A stretch of 58,100 nt of DNA, the filler included, from Basidioascus undulatus (lineage: Eukaryota): assembly GCA_000826855.1 (NCBI GenBank). It is 6 parts of 6 records of this genome, joined end to end, with 100 filler letters (N's around TTAATTAATTAA, not from the genome) between each part and the next. Parts side by side here need not be neighbours in the genome. Positions count along the whole stretch, not along the records: positions 21,053 to 30,246 come from JTLS01001284.1; positions 30,347 to 39,539 come from JTLS01001285.1; 4 more parts are not named here. The stretch is one strand, 5' to 3'. The translations under genes were made by a program, and so were the position numbers. The notes under the pieces were generated by a model. The model saw only the letters and a list, made by a program, of their open reading frames with translations, was not told where the DNA came from and did not search any database. This document shows positions 25,177 to 37,410 of this stretch, piece after piece (the first letter of the stretch is position 1; each line of letters opens with the position of its first letter).

Positions 25177-28100
25177 ATGGCGCCCATCGAGGCCGTCCAC
25201 ACCGCGAGCGCGGTCGAAACGCGCAACTCGATCGAGGACACCTGGGGCCCGCGCTGCAAGTCCTACAACGGCGACGGCACCTGGACGGTGCGCGTCGACT
25301 AGCACACGTCCGAGGAGCCTGAGAAGTGGGTCCAGAGCACATGCATAATTGCAGCAACAGCGTACGTCTCGACTTTCCCTTTTCTCACTTTTCTCGAGTG
25401 AGAGTCAATTAGCTGACGAAGGCGAGGGATTGAGGAACTCACAGTGCGGCATTGGCATGGGCGTGAAGGACGGGAAGATCGCCGGTGTGCGCGGGCAAAG
25501 TCGACCGCGTCAACAAGGGCCTGCACAGCTGGGTCTCCAACCACGCCCCTGACCGCCTCACGCAACCTCTCATCCGGAACGCCAAGGGCGAGCTCGAGAA
25601 GGCGACTTGGGGACGAGGCAATGGTGAGCTTCGCGGGCTTCTCTTTCCCGCAGCCAAGCTGACCTTTCCGTTTGCGCAACCGACGACAGTCCTTCATTGT
25701 GCGAAAGCCTAAGGAGATTCAGGAGCGCCTGTCGAACCACGCCATTGGGTTCTACACGAGCGGTTCGTTCGGTTTTCTTATCCTGCGGCACGAGGCCACT
25801 GCTCACCGCTCGTTAAAACCATAGGCCAACTTTTCCTTGAAGAATGTAAGTGTTCTTACAGAAATGCAAAATTCCGCATCTCTCATTCCGAATTCTACTT
25901 AATAGCATAAACTACACGCTCGCTACCACCGGCAAGGCGGGCCTGGGCACGCTGCACATGGACGGCAACACGCGTCTGTGTGTCGACATTTTCCCGTACC
26001 TTCCCGTCCCGCTATACTCGGCTATTGACAAACTCTTTGGGACTTCTTTCAGGTGTACCGCCACCGCCGCGAAGTCAATGCGCGATTCCTTTGGCTGCGA
26101 TGGGCAGCCCGGCTCATACACCGACATTGACACCACGGACTGCGTCTTCCTCGTCAGTACATCTCTGCTCGCTCCCCCCTATGTAAGGCTTTCCTGCTTA
26201 CGAAGTTTTCTCTGACTCTCAAAACAGGCCACAACATGTCTGCTACGTAGACGGTCCTCTGGTCGCGCAATCCCCGACCGCCTGGCCTGCCCGTACGCAT
26301 CTATTCTCTTCCCCTAAGTTTCACTCTGCTCTCCTACTATACTAATTGCCACACATCCTCCCTCTCACCTCAGCAAACCCCCGAAAGTAGTAGTCATCGG
26401 CCCGCGCCGACGTCCCACCGCGCGCGGGGCGACCGTGCACCTGACGCAAAGATCGGGACGAACCTAGCCGTGCTGAACGGGCTGCTGCACCTGCTCTTCG
26501 AGGCGGGCGACGTCGACGAGGAGTACATTGCCAGGCACACGGTCGGCATCGACGCGCTCCACGAGGTCACGCGCAAGTACGACCCCAAGACGGTCGAGGG
26601 CATCTCGGACCTCCCGGAGGCGAAGCTGCGCGAGGCCGCGAAAGTCTGGCTAAAGCCGGTGTAGTCGCTGTTGACGCATCGTACTTCGTCAGCCACGGCC
26701 AGTTATGATTGCCTTAGTGATAAAAAACACCCCCGCCAAGGCCGACCAGCAGTCGAGTTCTTCCATGCTTCGAAAGCGCCCTCCGGGTCCTTCCAATACT
26801 GCAATCACGCTCCCCGTAAGCTCCGGTTGTCTGCCTAAACATGTTGAAATACGAAAGACGCATGATGAGCGACTGGCCTTCTTATCCTTGAACTCCATCC
26901 GAGTGGCATAGTCAGTCCAGATCGCGAGGTCCGTCCTTGCTTCGCCCGGCGGCTCGACGGACGGCCTTGTGCGAGATGTGCACGGTGCGGTCGACGTTGG
27001 TCTGTTGGCCACACACAGTTAGTATTAATTGTTACGCCCCCTTGAGGCAGGTCCGAACGGGAACGTACGAAGCAGCCAGTCTCTTGTCGCGGGTCAAGAA
27101 AGAGGGTTAGAAAAACGCTGCAGCCTGTGAAAGCAGGTCGCGACGGATCTTTTCGCCCCACATAGCCGCAACGACGTCGGCCAGCACAGTCGTCTCGTTC
27201 GGGAAGATGTCCTATTCCGCCGCCCAGTAGCCAAAATTAGCTTGTCTGACTGCCTCGGATAGACATCTCTGTACGGGATGCAAGCTCATCTGCGCAACGA
27301 CGAACTCGTCGCTCGCGAGGAGGCGACGGACGCGCTCGAGCTGGGGCAGGCTCACGGCTGGGTTGGTTCCCGAGATCCAGAACATCGCGATCTGCTTGTT
27401 CTCGATGTAGTTGAGCATGTCCATCTGGTTCGTAACACAACCGGGGGGTATCAGTCCAAAAACCCGGCGCGGCACCATGGTATAAAAATGGAACGGACGA
27501 TGTGCGTAGGCTGGTTCCACTGTTGTCGGTCGGGGCAAAGGTGTGAGCAGACGGCGAAGGACAGGAGGGGTTGCCACCGAGGAAAGACGGACGTGGGGCA
27601 TTCAAGAGAGGGTGATGTTCCAGTGTTTGGTAGGTCCTGTAGGTTTTCATCGCCGGTCATCTACGTAAGCCGTGGAAAATATGCTAGAAACTAAGCGGAA
27701 GGGGCACACCTTCATGTGGTCCGAGTGCTGGTGGTTCCGGAAGCCAGGGAACCTACGGTGACGCAGCGCGACGTGAGTCCCAGCTCTCTCTCCTCAAAGT
27801 GGCTGTCCAAAGTGATTGAAAGGAACCACGCACTCGCCGTCACAGCCAGTTTCCATGTTGTTTTGAGCAGTCGGCTGCCCTGCAACAGGAAAGAAATTCA
27901 GCGAAGCGGCCTAAAGCTGCGAGGGGAACTTCAAGGCACACACCAGCTCCAGGCCTGCCGATCTTGCCGCGAACGATGTTTATGTTGTTGACCGCGCAAG
28001 CGCTAGCAGTCACCTACCCGTCCCCGCGCAGTCGCAGTCCGGCAAAAGCACGAGAGCGAGGAACCTCCCTCCAGCCCGCCCCCGACGCACCTGGTTCGAC

Positions 28101-29645
28101 TGATAAACGCCCTGCAGCGCCGTGCTCAGCAGCCTCTCATTGAGAAGCTCACGGGCGGTTCCGGCATCCAGTAGCCGTGCAACGAGTCCGCTCCGAACGG
28201 GACCGAGCGACTGTACACGGACGGTGTATTCCCGACTGACGACGACCACTGCGAGGTGCGTTTGCACTTTCTCGGTCTCCGGCACCACTGCGTACTGAGA
28301 TACCTGTTGCGCCGGCATGCACAGCTGGGGCCACGACCTTGAGACGGGAACGCAACGCAGTACCGCTCCTTGAACCCGCCGGGAGGGCGATTCTGAAGAC
28401 GGCGCACTTCCGCGAGGCGGAGGACATGCCGAACGAGAAGTTCCCTTTCCTGCTTTCTACTGGCCATCGGGTTTACCAGTGCGTTCCATACTTCCGCCAG
28501 AACAAGGCTTACTAACTTGAATCTTTCACTTCCCTTCTCAGCAGCCGCACGAAGACGGGCCGCAGCAAGCGCCTGCAAGACGCGTCGCCCGAGAGCTTGG
28601 CACAGATCTCCGAGTCGGACACCGCGCGCCTGGGCCTCTCCGCCGGCGACCACGTCGTTGTCCGCTAGCGTACGGGCGGAGCGTTCGAAGTGCCGGTCAA
28701 GATTGGCGAGATCGAGGACGGGCACATCTACGTGCCCTTCCACTTCGGTTCGTTCGACGGCGGCGGCGGCGGCCGCGCGCAGTCCGCGAACGAGCTCACG
28801 AGCTGCCCCTGGGACAGCGTCCCGAAGCAGCCGTTCTTCAAGGGCGTGGCGGTCGAGACCGAGCGCGTCCCGGCCGGCGGCGAGGTCCTCATCCACGAGA
28901 GCTCGAATCGCCAAGCGGGACGCGGCGAGGCACAGCACCGACAGCGTGACCAAACTGAGGTCGAGGGGCGGCAGCAGGCACCTCGAGGACTTCGTGGGGC
29001 TGTGGGACGCTTACTCCGCAGAGATCCCCGAGATCTTCTAGTACCTCATCGGAGGTCTTGACCAGGACTACGAGATGCGGTCCGGCATCAAGGTCTTGCT
29101 CGAGTTCGCGGAGGCGGCGATCGAGGCCCTGAAGCCTTTCACAGAGAAGTATGTCCAATCACTCGGGTTTCCCTACGATGCCGGTGGCTTGTTCATCTTG
29201 CTCAATTATTTTACCAATTTCGCAGATACGGCAACAAACGTACCGTTGCTCAGAAGGATACCGACACAGTTCGCCGCGTCCTCTTCCCTGTAAGCGCTCA
29301 CCTCATTCATCCTCCAGCCTATCAGGATTCGTCCCTGCTTTTGACATAGCCACCCTCTTTTAGACCGAACGTCGCGGCCACGGGCCGTTCGACATCTTCA
29401 TGAAGCTGCAGGGCCTCGCCATCTTCGTTTCGGCGATCCAGGCGCACCTCGCGGCGCTGACGCCCGCGTTCAAGGCGCTGCACGACAACGACTTTAGCGA
29501 GCTGATCCTTCGCGTGGTTAGCCACTCTGGGCGCGTTCAGTCCTGGGTCCAGGCCAAGATCTCGTTCAAGGCACCGCAGGCACTCATCGTGCCTGCGCCG
29601 CGTGCGCTGGGGACTTTCCTGCCCACGGACGAGAACGAGGAGTGA
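25177..29645 (+). pseudogene. DMSO-reductase-family (Mo-bis-MGD) oxidoreductase, NapA/NasA nitrate-reductase-like, intron-rich; nonsense codons, frameshifts and an internal inversion (26649-28140)
   Basis: Motifs EEPEKWVQSTCI.CSN.CG.G.GVKDGKIAGVRG, DRLTQPLIR, LHMDGNTRLCTATAAKSMRDSFGCDGQPGSYTDID, GTNLAVLNG, LTGGSGIQ*PC, VPFHFG, ANELT..WDSVPKQPFFKG and C-terminal APQALIVP. In-frame TAG at 25300, 26248, 28172 and 28666. Confidence 0.9.
26649..28140 (-). other. Inverted central segment of the oxidoreductase gene
   Basis: Minus strand reads ERLLSTALQGVYQSNQ, ASACAVNNINIVRGKIGRPG, GQPTAQNNMETGCDGE, FPGFRNH, MFWISGTNPAVSLP, TNVDRTVH, VEPPGEARTDL and DYTGFS. This is exactly the part missing between the plus-strand LREAAKV and EKLTGGSG. 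Confidence 0.9.
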
Positions 29646-30246
29646 TACAAGACGCTGATTGTTATTTTATGTTTGAAATTTCCCGGATTAGCGTATGCAA
29701 TGTTCAAGGAGTCCGTAGCTATGCGTCCGTCTGCGCAAGTTGTCGGTTGACTGGGTACTGCACTGCGGGATGCCGATTGGAAACACAAGCGTGGACTGAG
29801 GACGGCGCGCCTTACAATTGCAAGGACACCCACAGCAGAAAGCTCTTTAGACAAAAAGTCTGCAGCTCGCAGATACCTCTTAAAGGATGCATGGTAGGAA
29901 AAGTGCGACGCTGTGCTACGTGCGCTCGTGGAAAATTTGTATGTCAACGCGTATCAGCTATAGCGCTACTCCTTGTGAGTATCAAGTTAGTTATTGCGGA
30001 TCTTATAGCATAATTTTCTCTAGGTATACAAACGTAAGACAAACCGTCTGAGACGAGTGTGTGGCCATGTGCTGCATGGCGTTGTGCGTAACGTCTTGCG
30101 CATCCGCTGGTGTGAAGTTAGAATCTCGGTAACATAATCTGTTAGGTACGGTTTGTTATCAAGAATGAGAAAGATTTAGGATAAGCAGCCATGTTGTGGT
30201 AAGCGTGAATACTTCTTCAACCCCATTCGGCAGTAGCCCTCGTACA

Positions 30247-30346
30247 NNNNNNNNNNNNNNNNNNNNNNNNNNNNNNNNNNNNNNNNNNNNTTAATTAATT
30301 AANNNNNNNNNNNNNNNNNNNNNNNNNNNNNNNNNNNNNNNNNNNN
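30247..30346. other. Artificial contig linker
   Basis: N44-TTAATTAATTAA-N44. Confidence 0.98.
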
Positions 30347-30408
30347 TACTCTACCATTGAGCCAGCCGGCCGTGACCGACGCAGGGATCGAACCTGCAAC
30401 CCCCTGAT
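30347..30408 (-). tRNA. tRNA-Trp-like gene in permuted order: 3' half (30408-30373), 1-nt spacer (30372), 5' half (30371-30347, cut by contig end)
   Basis: Minus strand ATCAGG GGGTT GCAGG TTCGATC CCTGC GTCGGTC A | C | GGCCGGC TG GCTC AATGGTA GAGT A. The T-arm and D-arm fold, and GGCCGGC pairs with GTCGGTC. Trp is inferred from similarity to eukaryotic tRNA-Trp; the anticodon is not visible. Confidence 0.8.
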
Positions 30409-31659
30409 CTCAACTACCACTAGTTACGCTTTGTGGTGAGAACTAAACCCATTAGTACATATATGTAAGTTTCTTGGAGAATGAAACTTCGAAAAGGGGC
30501 TAGACAGTGAGAATTAGCGCCCACAGTCATGTAAGCGGAGGCAAGAGTTCTACTGCGTTCCATGCGACCCAGCATAAGACCTGCCAAATCTGCATTGACA
30601 GCCATAATACGGACGCACAGCTTCTTACTCGAACGAACAGTCAAGCAAAAACAATGAAACAGCAAGCACCGCCACTGCAAGATATTTACCACATCCCACC
30701 AGTCTCATTCTTCCACACCCTGTCCGAGAACCGTCCGAACGTGCCCCTCCAAACCTGGTTTGCAAGCTGCAACCACCCACCACCGCCCAGTCAATCGTTC
30801 ACACGCAGATCTTCGAATGTACAAGTGAACTACTTACCCCGATAGCAAACACCAAAGTCAAGAGAACCAACTCGACCCTATTCTGGCCGATCGGCCTGCT
30901 GGAGAAGTCGACGTTGGTGTTGAGCAGTCGGTGGTGCGGCATGCTGCGTACGTCGGTTGGCCAGTAGGGAGGGTCGTTGATCGTGCGTGGCTCAGGGAAG
31001 GCCTGCGACTCAGACCGCCGAACGGATGTGATGCTCGCCTGCGGAGAGCGGTCGGTGGACGCCGCGGACTGGTCGGCGTGGCCGATGAGCGAGAGGGTCG
31101 ATGTGGCTCCTGGAGGGATACCGGCGCCTCCAGACGGTCGTCTGCGTTTGCTGGCGCAATTCGGACCTTATCACTGTGCGGAGAGGAGAGGGAATTCAAC
31201 TGCTGTCGGACACTTAAAGAGTGGCGAGACGTACAGCGCTGCCTTTGTGAAACGTGAAAGCTTCGCCAGGTGGTGGAAGGGGAGCAGCGTAAGACCGGAC
31301 TGAATTAACAGTGCTGAATATTATTCGGATCCCTATCTCAAGGAGAACAGTTAGAGGAGATGCCACGGGACCGAGCAAGGGCGGACAGTCGGAAGCGCGA
31401 GTCCGCGGCCGGTCGCAAGGGCGTCTGGGAAGTCGTTCTCGCCAGCAAGCGTCCGACCCGTATAGCTCGTCTCTTCCAGTTCCAGCAATCGTAGTCAGAG
31501 AACTATCATCCCTCAATAATCATCATCCCTTCGAATACTCCGTCGAATATGCGCCTCTGTAGCAGCGTTGCCAATTTCTCAAGCCGCCCCCTCTTTCAGC
31601 ACCTCTTCCCGTCTTCGTCTCGGCAACGGCGCTTCTCTTTCACACACGGCGCTCACGCT

Positions 31660-32400
31660 TCCCTCGGTCCAAACCCCATCATCGTCGACCAGTCCGTCCT
31701 CGGCGGAGTGCCGCTCCTGCACCCGCTCGACTCCGAGCTCGCACCCATACCGCGCACCATCACCGCTGCCGTGCAGGCCATAGTGCTTGCCCGCCACCAC
31801 CGCTCCGCGAGCGTGTCAGAGCCCCTCGCGACGTCCCCATGGGAGTCCTCGACTTCCCCATGGGAGTCCTCGACTGCCTCGTCCTACGTCCTCGTGCACG
31901 AGAACATCGCCCCGCTTTTTCCTGCGCGCCCTGCGCGCCGAAAAGCTCCCCGACGCACATGTCCTTTGCGGAGCCGGACCGGGCACGCTCAACTACCTCC
32001 TGGTCTTCGTCGTCCCCTCCATCGACTAAGCGATCGACATCGTCATGGACGACCTCCCCGCTTCCGCGGCGGCGTACGCCTTCGCCGAGGACCGGTTTGG
32101 CGCGTACGTCGCGAATCAGATCCGCACGCCGGCGGTGTACGTCAATGGTATCCCTGCGCGTGCGCTGGGTGAGTTCTTCCGCTCATGCTCCCATAACTTT
32201 CAATGTGCCCGCTGACATTATTCTGACAACACGCAGTCGAGGGCCTCTTCGCCGACCCGACAGCATTCACATTAACCTCAACCCGCACCCTGTCCATCGC
32301 TTCCAAACTACTTCGCCTGCCGCAGCGCGCATCCTCAAATCTCGAAGCTTACAAGCGCGTCAAGGCGCACGCAGTCAAGCAGCGCAAGGGATTTCGCATC
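31660..32400 (+). pseudogene. Degenerate aldehyde-dehydrogenase-like gene fragment
   Basis: PIIVDQS, AVQAIVLAR, YVLVHENIAPLF and VPSID*AIDIV...AAYAFA...YVANQI...VYVNGIP, with a stop (32027-32029), frameshifts and a 21-bp tandem duplication. Confidence 0.45.
31834..31875. repeat. Perfect 21-bp tandem duplication TCCCCATGGGAGTCCTCGACT x2
   Basis: Copies at 31834-31854 and 31855-31875. Confidence 0.95.
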
Positions 32401-34411
32401 GACTTCTTCTCCTCTGGTTCGTTTAACTCCTTTCGGCTCTCCTCTCTCTGTTTCTCTCTCCATTCCGCTGAAAGTTTCTCATCTGATTGAACAGGAATTC
32501 ACCTCTCGCTTACCGCCGTTGGGGCTGTCCTGCTCGGCACTTCGTCCTTCGTCGGGTACCGGCTCTTTTCGTTGGCGTGGAGGATGTACTGGAAAGCCGT
32601 TTGAAGGGCCTTGTATGGAGGGCAGTAAGGCAGTGCTGAGGGTGGCGGCGTGGGGTTGGCAAGGGTGAATTCGAAAGGCCTGGCAGTGTTTTGCTTTGTG
32701 GGACCTTTTGTGTATGATCTCAAAGAATTGATCGTGGTGATGCGCGTCCACCGGCAACCAGGCCTTTCCTCGCTAGCCAGCTCAGGAAAAGCTCCGCCTT
32801 GGCGCAGTGCCCAGATTAAAGGATCACACTCTGAATGCTTCGTGGCCATCTTCTCCCGGTTAACAGCCACCCCACCGGATCTCTGTCAGATCGACAGCGG
32901 AACACGCCGTTGTCGTCTGTCCTTGCCTTTTCACCCCTCCCCTTTGATCGCTGAAACAGCTGGAATATGCCTGCTGTCTTACTAGCCACACCATTGCCAC
33001 AAAAAACAACCGGATTTTCTCATGTGGGGTACTAGTAGAAGACAATGCTTCCTGTTTGGGACACCCACCGAGTCCCCGCTGGCGTTAGCATCACAATCCA
33101 GCAGTCAGTGCACATCTTTCCCCGGTTCTTCCCCACCTCCACACGATAGCAAGTAAAGCTATAAGTCCCTTAACACTTTAATTTTAGTTCGGACATCTCC
33201 ACAATCTCTGCCATAGTCTCGCCTTGCACTATTGAGCCGTCACTCGACCACATCGGCTGAAAGCAGTGTCGCAGCTTCAACAAGCTGTGTGCTTGTTTCG
33301 GATACGGAAACCAATAAATTTCATAGGACCGCTCGTTTCACACCAGGCTTTCCCCGGTCCTGCATAGGGCATAATATCCCTGGTATAGATACAAAGCGTG
33401 TTGGCTGGTCGGCACCGACTGCGGGTGCATTGAGTGGTTCCTTCTCAAAAACTCTCTTTCTGGATCGTTGAGAACATCTTTCTCGAGGAAAACCAGAGTG
33501 CTATTGTGCTCCCTTTCCGCGATGCGGCAGCCAAGCCCACGGAGGTCGGCAAGGACCACACGGGCGGACTCTGGACACTGAGAATGCCTGGACGGCACGA
33601 AGGTGCATGCTGCCCACGCCATGGCAATTAATTCCCTTGTACTTTGTTGGTGGTTCCTGACGGACTTTGCGGATCTGTATGTCCTAAAGATCGCCAGGTA
33701 GGACAAATTTAAGTTCCACGGCTCCAGCCTTTCCATCAGTTACTTGTTGCAGCTTTCCTGCTGACAGTCAGCTGATGCGTCTGCCCGCTTGGTGCCGCAG
33801 GTACAAGGAAGGACGCGAAGGATCGTGATCATGATGATTTCTGCAAGCCAAACTAGACGGCTGGAGCCAATCAAGTTCTGCATACTGGGAACTCTGAACT
33901 TCAGAGCAGTTCGCTCTACAAGGCCTCTTTATCATTGCAGGAACATCGTTAGCTGTTCCTGTACCTGCTAGCGTAACTGGACAATCCAGTATCTTCTATC
34001 AGTTCCCAGGTGGTTCTCACAAGGCCTTTGATAAGGCCGCTGATGGGCATGCGAACGGTGGGCTTGGGAAAGCGGCTCCGTGAGCACAAGCCGCCTTCCC
34101 TGGCAGTGTTGCACGAGGCCCAGCCTTTTTCGCCGCACTCCGGCGGCTCTAAGTAACTCTCGAACTTCTATTCATGCCATAGAGGGCAGTCTGTGATCGC
34201 TTGGCACGGCCAACCGGATAATGCAATCTGCATGGGCCCTTTATTGCGCGAGGTGCACGCACGATGCCAAGACTGTAAAAGTCTTATTAGTGATCTGCCA
34301 TACAAACCGGGCCGGCACGCGACTTGCACTTTACATCGAATCCCCTTCATCTTCTTCCAGAGACAGTGTTCACTCTCCATAAACACCGGTCCTCTTCAAC
34401 AAACATCGACC

Positions 34412-36580
34412 ATGGGCGACAAAGGTGGCGTGGCCGAAGCCGAGGCGATTGCCGACCGCCACGCGATGGTATACGACAAAAAGGCAGAGGTTTTGGACGC
34501 TGCGGAAACGAAGGTCAGCGACCTTGTGGAAGGAGAAGAAGTGCCTACGGTGGAGGAGGTTCAGTGAGCCTTTTCATGACCGACATTCGGGGAAGCGAGC
34601 GCGACTAACTGCATTTCTACGTGCATGGCAGCAACCTCCGCAAGGTCGCAGACAGGATCCCGTTCCGGGCTTTCCTTGTTGTTGTCGTAGAGCTCTGTAT
34701 GTCAAGTTACACAATGTCTCGGTTCTAAGAGCTGATGGAAGTTGTTATAGGCGAGCGCTACTCCTACTACGGAACGGTAAGACGAAGAGTACCAAAATCT
34801 CCCTGCCTGCCAATGCTGACCTCTTGGTGGATGCTATACACTCATTGCAGACGGGACCACTCACGAGTACGCATCATTAACGCTAACAATCTTCGTACCA
34901 CTGACTCACCGACCTTGTCGAAATAGACTACAGTCAGTCTGTTGTTCGATACAAGTTTGGCGGTCTGCCTGACAAACAGTTACAATTGCCACGCAGTTCA
35001 ACAGCCTCTTCCTCCTGGTTCCAAGTCTGGGTCTACGCCCAAGGGATTCCTGTAAGATGATATTCCACTGACTTTGAGTGCCAGCACATTGAAAAGGGGG
35101 CTCTGCAGCGGTCCAGCGGGCGCTCTCGGCCAAGGTCAACGCACAGCAACCGCCTTGATGACTTTCCTGTCCTTCTGGTGGGTCACCTTACGCTCCCGCT
35201 TTGCTTCCGAATGAACACTTATCGCCATTTTCAGGTGTTATGTTACGCCCGTGCTCGGGGCTATTCTGGCGGATGTCAAATGGGGCCGCTTCAAAGCCAT
35301 CGTGATATTCACCTAGTGCGTTGATGGCGTCTCCAAACGAGCGATTGTTTTTCTGAGTTGATGCCTCCTGGGACACCTACAGCGTATGCCTCATTGGGCA
35401 CATCATTTTGACCTTGACTTCAATCCCTCAAGCGCTAGAAACCCCCAAAGGAGCTCTGGGCGGGTTGGCTGTTGCCTTGGTCATCAGTGGGTTATTCGAC
35501 CATGGCCGTCTAAGTTTATTAGCTCATGTCTCTCTGGGTACTTGAAAACAGTGGGACTTGGCACAGGTGGTATAAAAGCAAACGTGCGCTCATCTCTGTC
35601 TTTCTCGGAAATCAGCACCGCCTGACATTGCGAGTGAGTGTTTAGGTGTCTCCGCTGGTAGCCGAACAGTACCAGAAGGGCATGGCCACCAAGAAAGTCC
35701 TCAAGTCCGGTGAGACTGTCATTGTCGATGTACGCCGCCTTTCGCTTCCAAACTCGGTTCGTGAGCCCACTGTTTGCATTCCACAGCCCTCCCTCACCGT
35801 TCAAAAGATTTACCTCTACTTCTACTTCTGCATGTTCGTTTAAGATTCTCCTTTTTTTGCTAAGGAACTCACCTTGGTCCTGCATCAACGCAGCAACGTT
35901 GGCAGTTTGGCCGGGATCTCGACGTGAGTCGACTTCTCAGGCCGTTCTCCCAGTAGAACAAACTTCCAGTTCACCCTGCATTCTAGCATCTACTCTGAGA
36001 AATATGTCGGTGTACGTCTCATGCTTGCACTGTGAACCTATATTTTTAATGTACTGATCATGCTTTCCACATGGCAGTTCTGGCTTGCTTGTACGTCATT
36101 GAAGGACTCGCAGGTACCTCAGAGCATCAGATGGAATCATTATTCCACCCACAGTCGCGCTTCCCACCATCGCCTTCTTTGTGGGTGTTGCGATAGTCAT
36201 ATTAATGGAGGGACAGAACTAATGCCTCAACCTGACTTTCACTTAGTTTGTCCCCTGGCTCCTTCACGGGTTCTCCAAGCACTACGTCAAGACGGCCCCC
36301 CGCGGCTCGATTCTTTTGGATGCCTGCCGCGTTTTCAGGACGTCGGCTCGTGGCAGGTGGTCCTTGAACCCGCTCGCGACGTATCGCAACTTCAAGACGG
36401 GCGACTTCTGGTCAGCAGCAAAGCCGAGTTCCTTCCTTGCTGGCGGAGCCAAGGGCGAGTCGGAAAGGCCGCAGTGTTGACTTGGGACGACGGTGAGTCC
36501 ATAATTTCAATTTCATGATCCCGTAGGGGGAAGGAGATCAAGATTCCTGACACTCAAATGAGCACAAAGTTGTTCGACGA
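34412..36580 (+). pseudogene. PTR2: POT/PTR2 peptide transporter copy A: 5' half only, truncated and frameshifted near its end
   Basis: Motifs NLRKVADRIP, ERYSYYG, GALGQGQRTATAL, YVTPVLGAILADVKWGRFKAI, GLGTGGIKANVSPLVAEQY, TVQKIYLYFY and PRGSILLDACRV. 1-nt deletion in QWLTWDD and an AG->AA acceptor change relative to copy B. Confidence 0.75.
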
Positions 36581-36819
36581 CTGTCGAGCAGGTCAAGCAC
36601 ATCGTCGACTCGTGCTTGTACCCGTACGTCTACGGCCGGGCTCTCTTCCCGACGAATCGCTCTATCGAACGCCGTCCATCACATTCGCGCTTTCCCAGTC
36701 CCCTCGGCAACCGCTCTTTTCTGCCATTCGCTCTCATCCCGGAACATCGCCATCCTTCCGTAGGTGCATGACTTCCTTGCTTACTTTTTCCTCCGTTCTA
36801 GCCAATGTTCATGCTTTGA

Positions 36820-37410
36820 GAGATCAGATTAAAGTCAGAAGGGCATAGACAACCTGGAGGACATCTTGCAAGTTTCCGGCGTCACGGGCATCAGTGCGTC
36901 CCGTTTTGATCTGGTTAAGGCCGACTTGACCTTGCCACATTCTGAATCGAGACCTTTTCACGCCACAGTGATCGGCACGGGCGACCCGCACCTCGATCTC
37001 GGTCTGGGGCTCAAGATGGACAACGACGCTCCGGCGTTCGTCATGTGCATGGAGCGCGTCAAGACGCTGGCCAAGAAGTACCGCGTTTCGATATGCGGAT
37101 ACGTTACGTCCGATCTCCTCGAGAAGCGCATGGACATTAATGATACTGCATGAGTAAGTTGTCTTGTAGATGCACTCAACCTTGGAACATCCCCAGGGGC
37201 TAATGCGGAGTGCGTTCCCTTCCGTCGTACAGTCTGCACTTCGTCGGACGTTTCCCATCTTGCTTTCGGCATTGCTGGCGAGGTGCGCACATTCGCCCAG
37301 GACATTCCACTCACTGAAACTGATTATAGATGGAGACTTCATCTACATACGGTTAAGACGAAGGCTCAAGCTGAGGCATGGTCCAAGAAGCAGCAGCAGG
37401 CGGCGTTGAA
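36820..37410 (+). pseudogene. HpcH/HpaI aldolase-family remnant
   Basis: QI...KGIDNLEDILQVSGV..IGTGDPHLDLGL...MERVKTLAKKY resembles QIExxxGxxNxxEI...IGxGDL; frameshifted. Confidence 0.5.

Noticed and set aside
25300..28668. TAG read-through or alternative genetic code in the oxidoreductase (all four in-frame stops are TAG)
   Set aside because: The stops stand where homologues would have different residues (likely Q/E, Q, W, S) and co-occur with frameshifts, a deletion and an inversion. TAG also ends other genes here (e.g. PTR2 copy B).
15819..29645. Three-gene molybdenum cluster (MOSC + mobA + oxidoreductase)
   Set aside because: MOSC is on a different contig from mobA, across an artificial linker in a size-sorted concatenation. 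mARC-type proteins also do not use the MGD form of the cofactor.
33430..33830. Possible small multi-exon gene
   Set aside because: Splice-like signals are present, but no recognisable protein or consistent model emerged.
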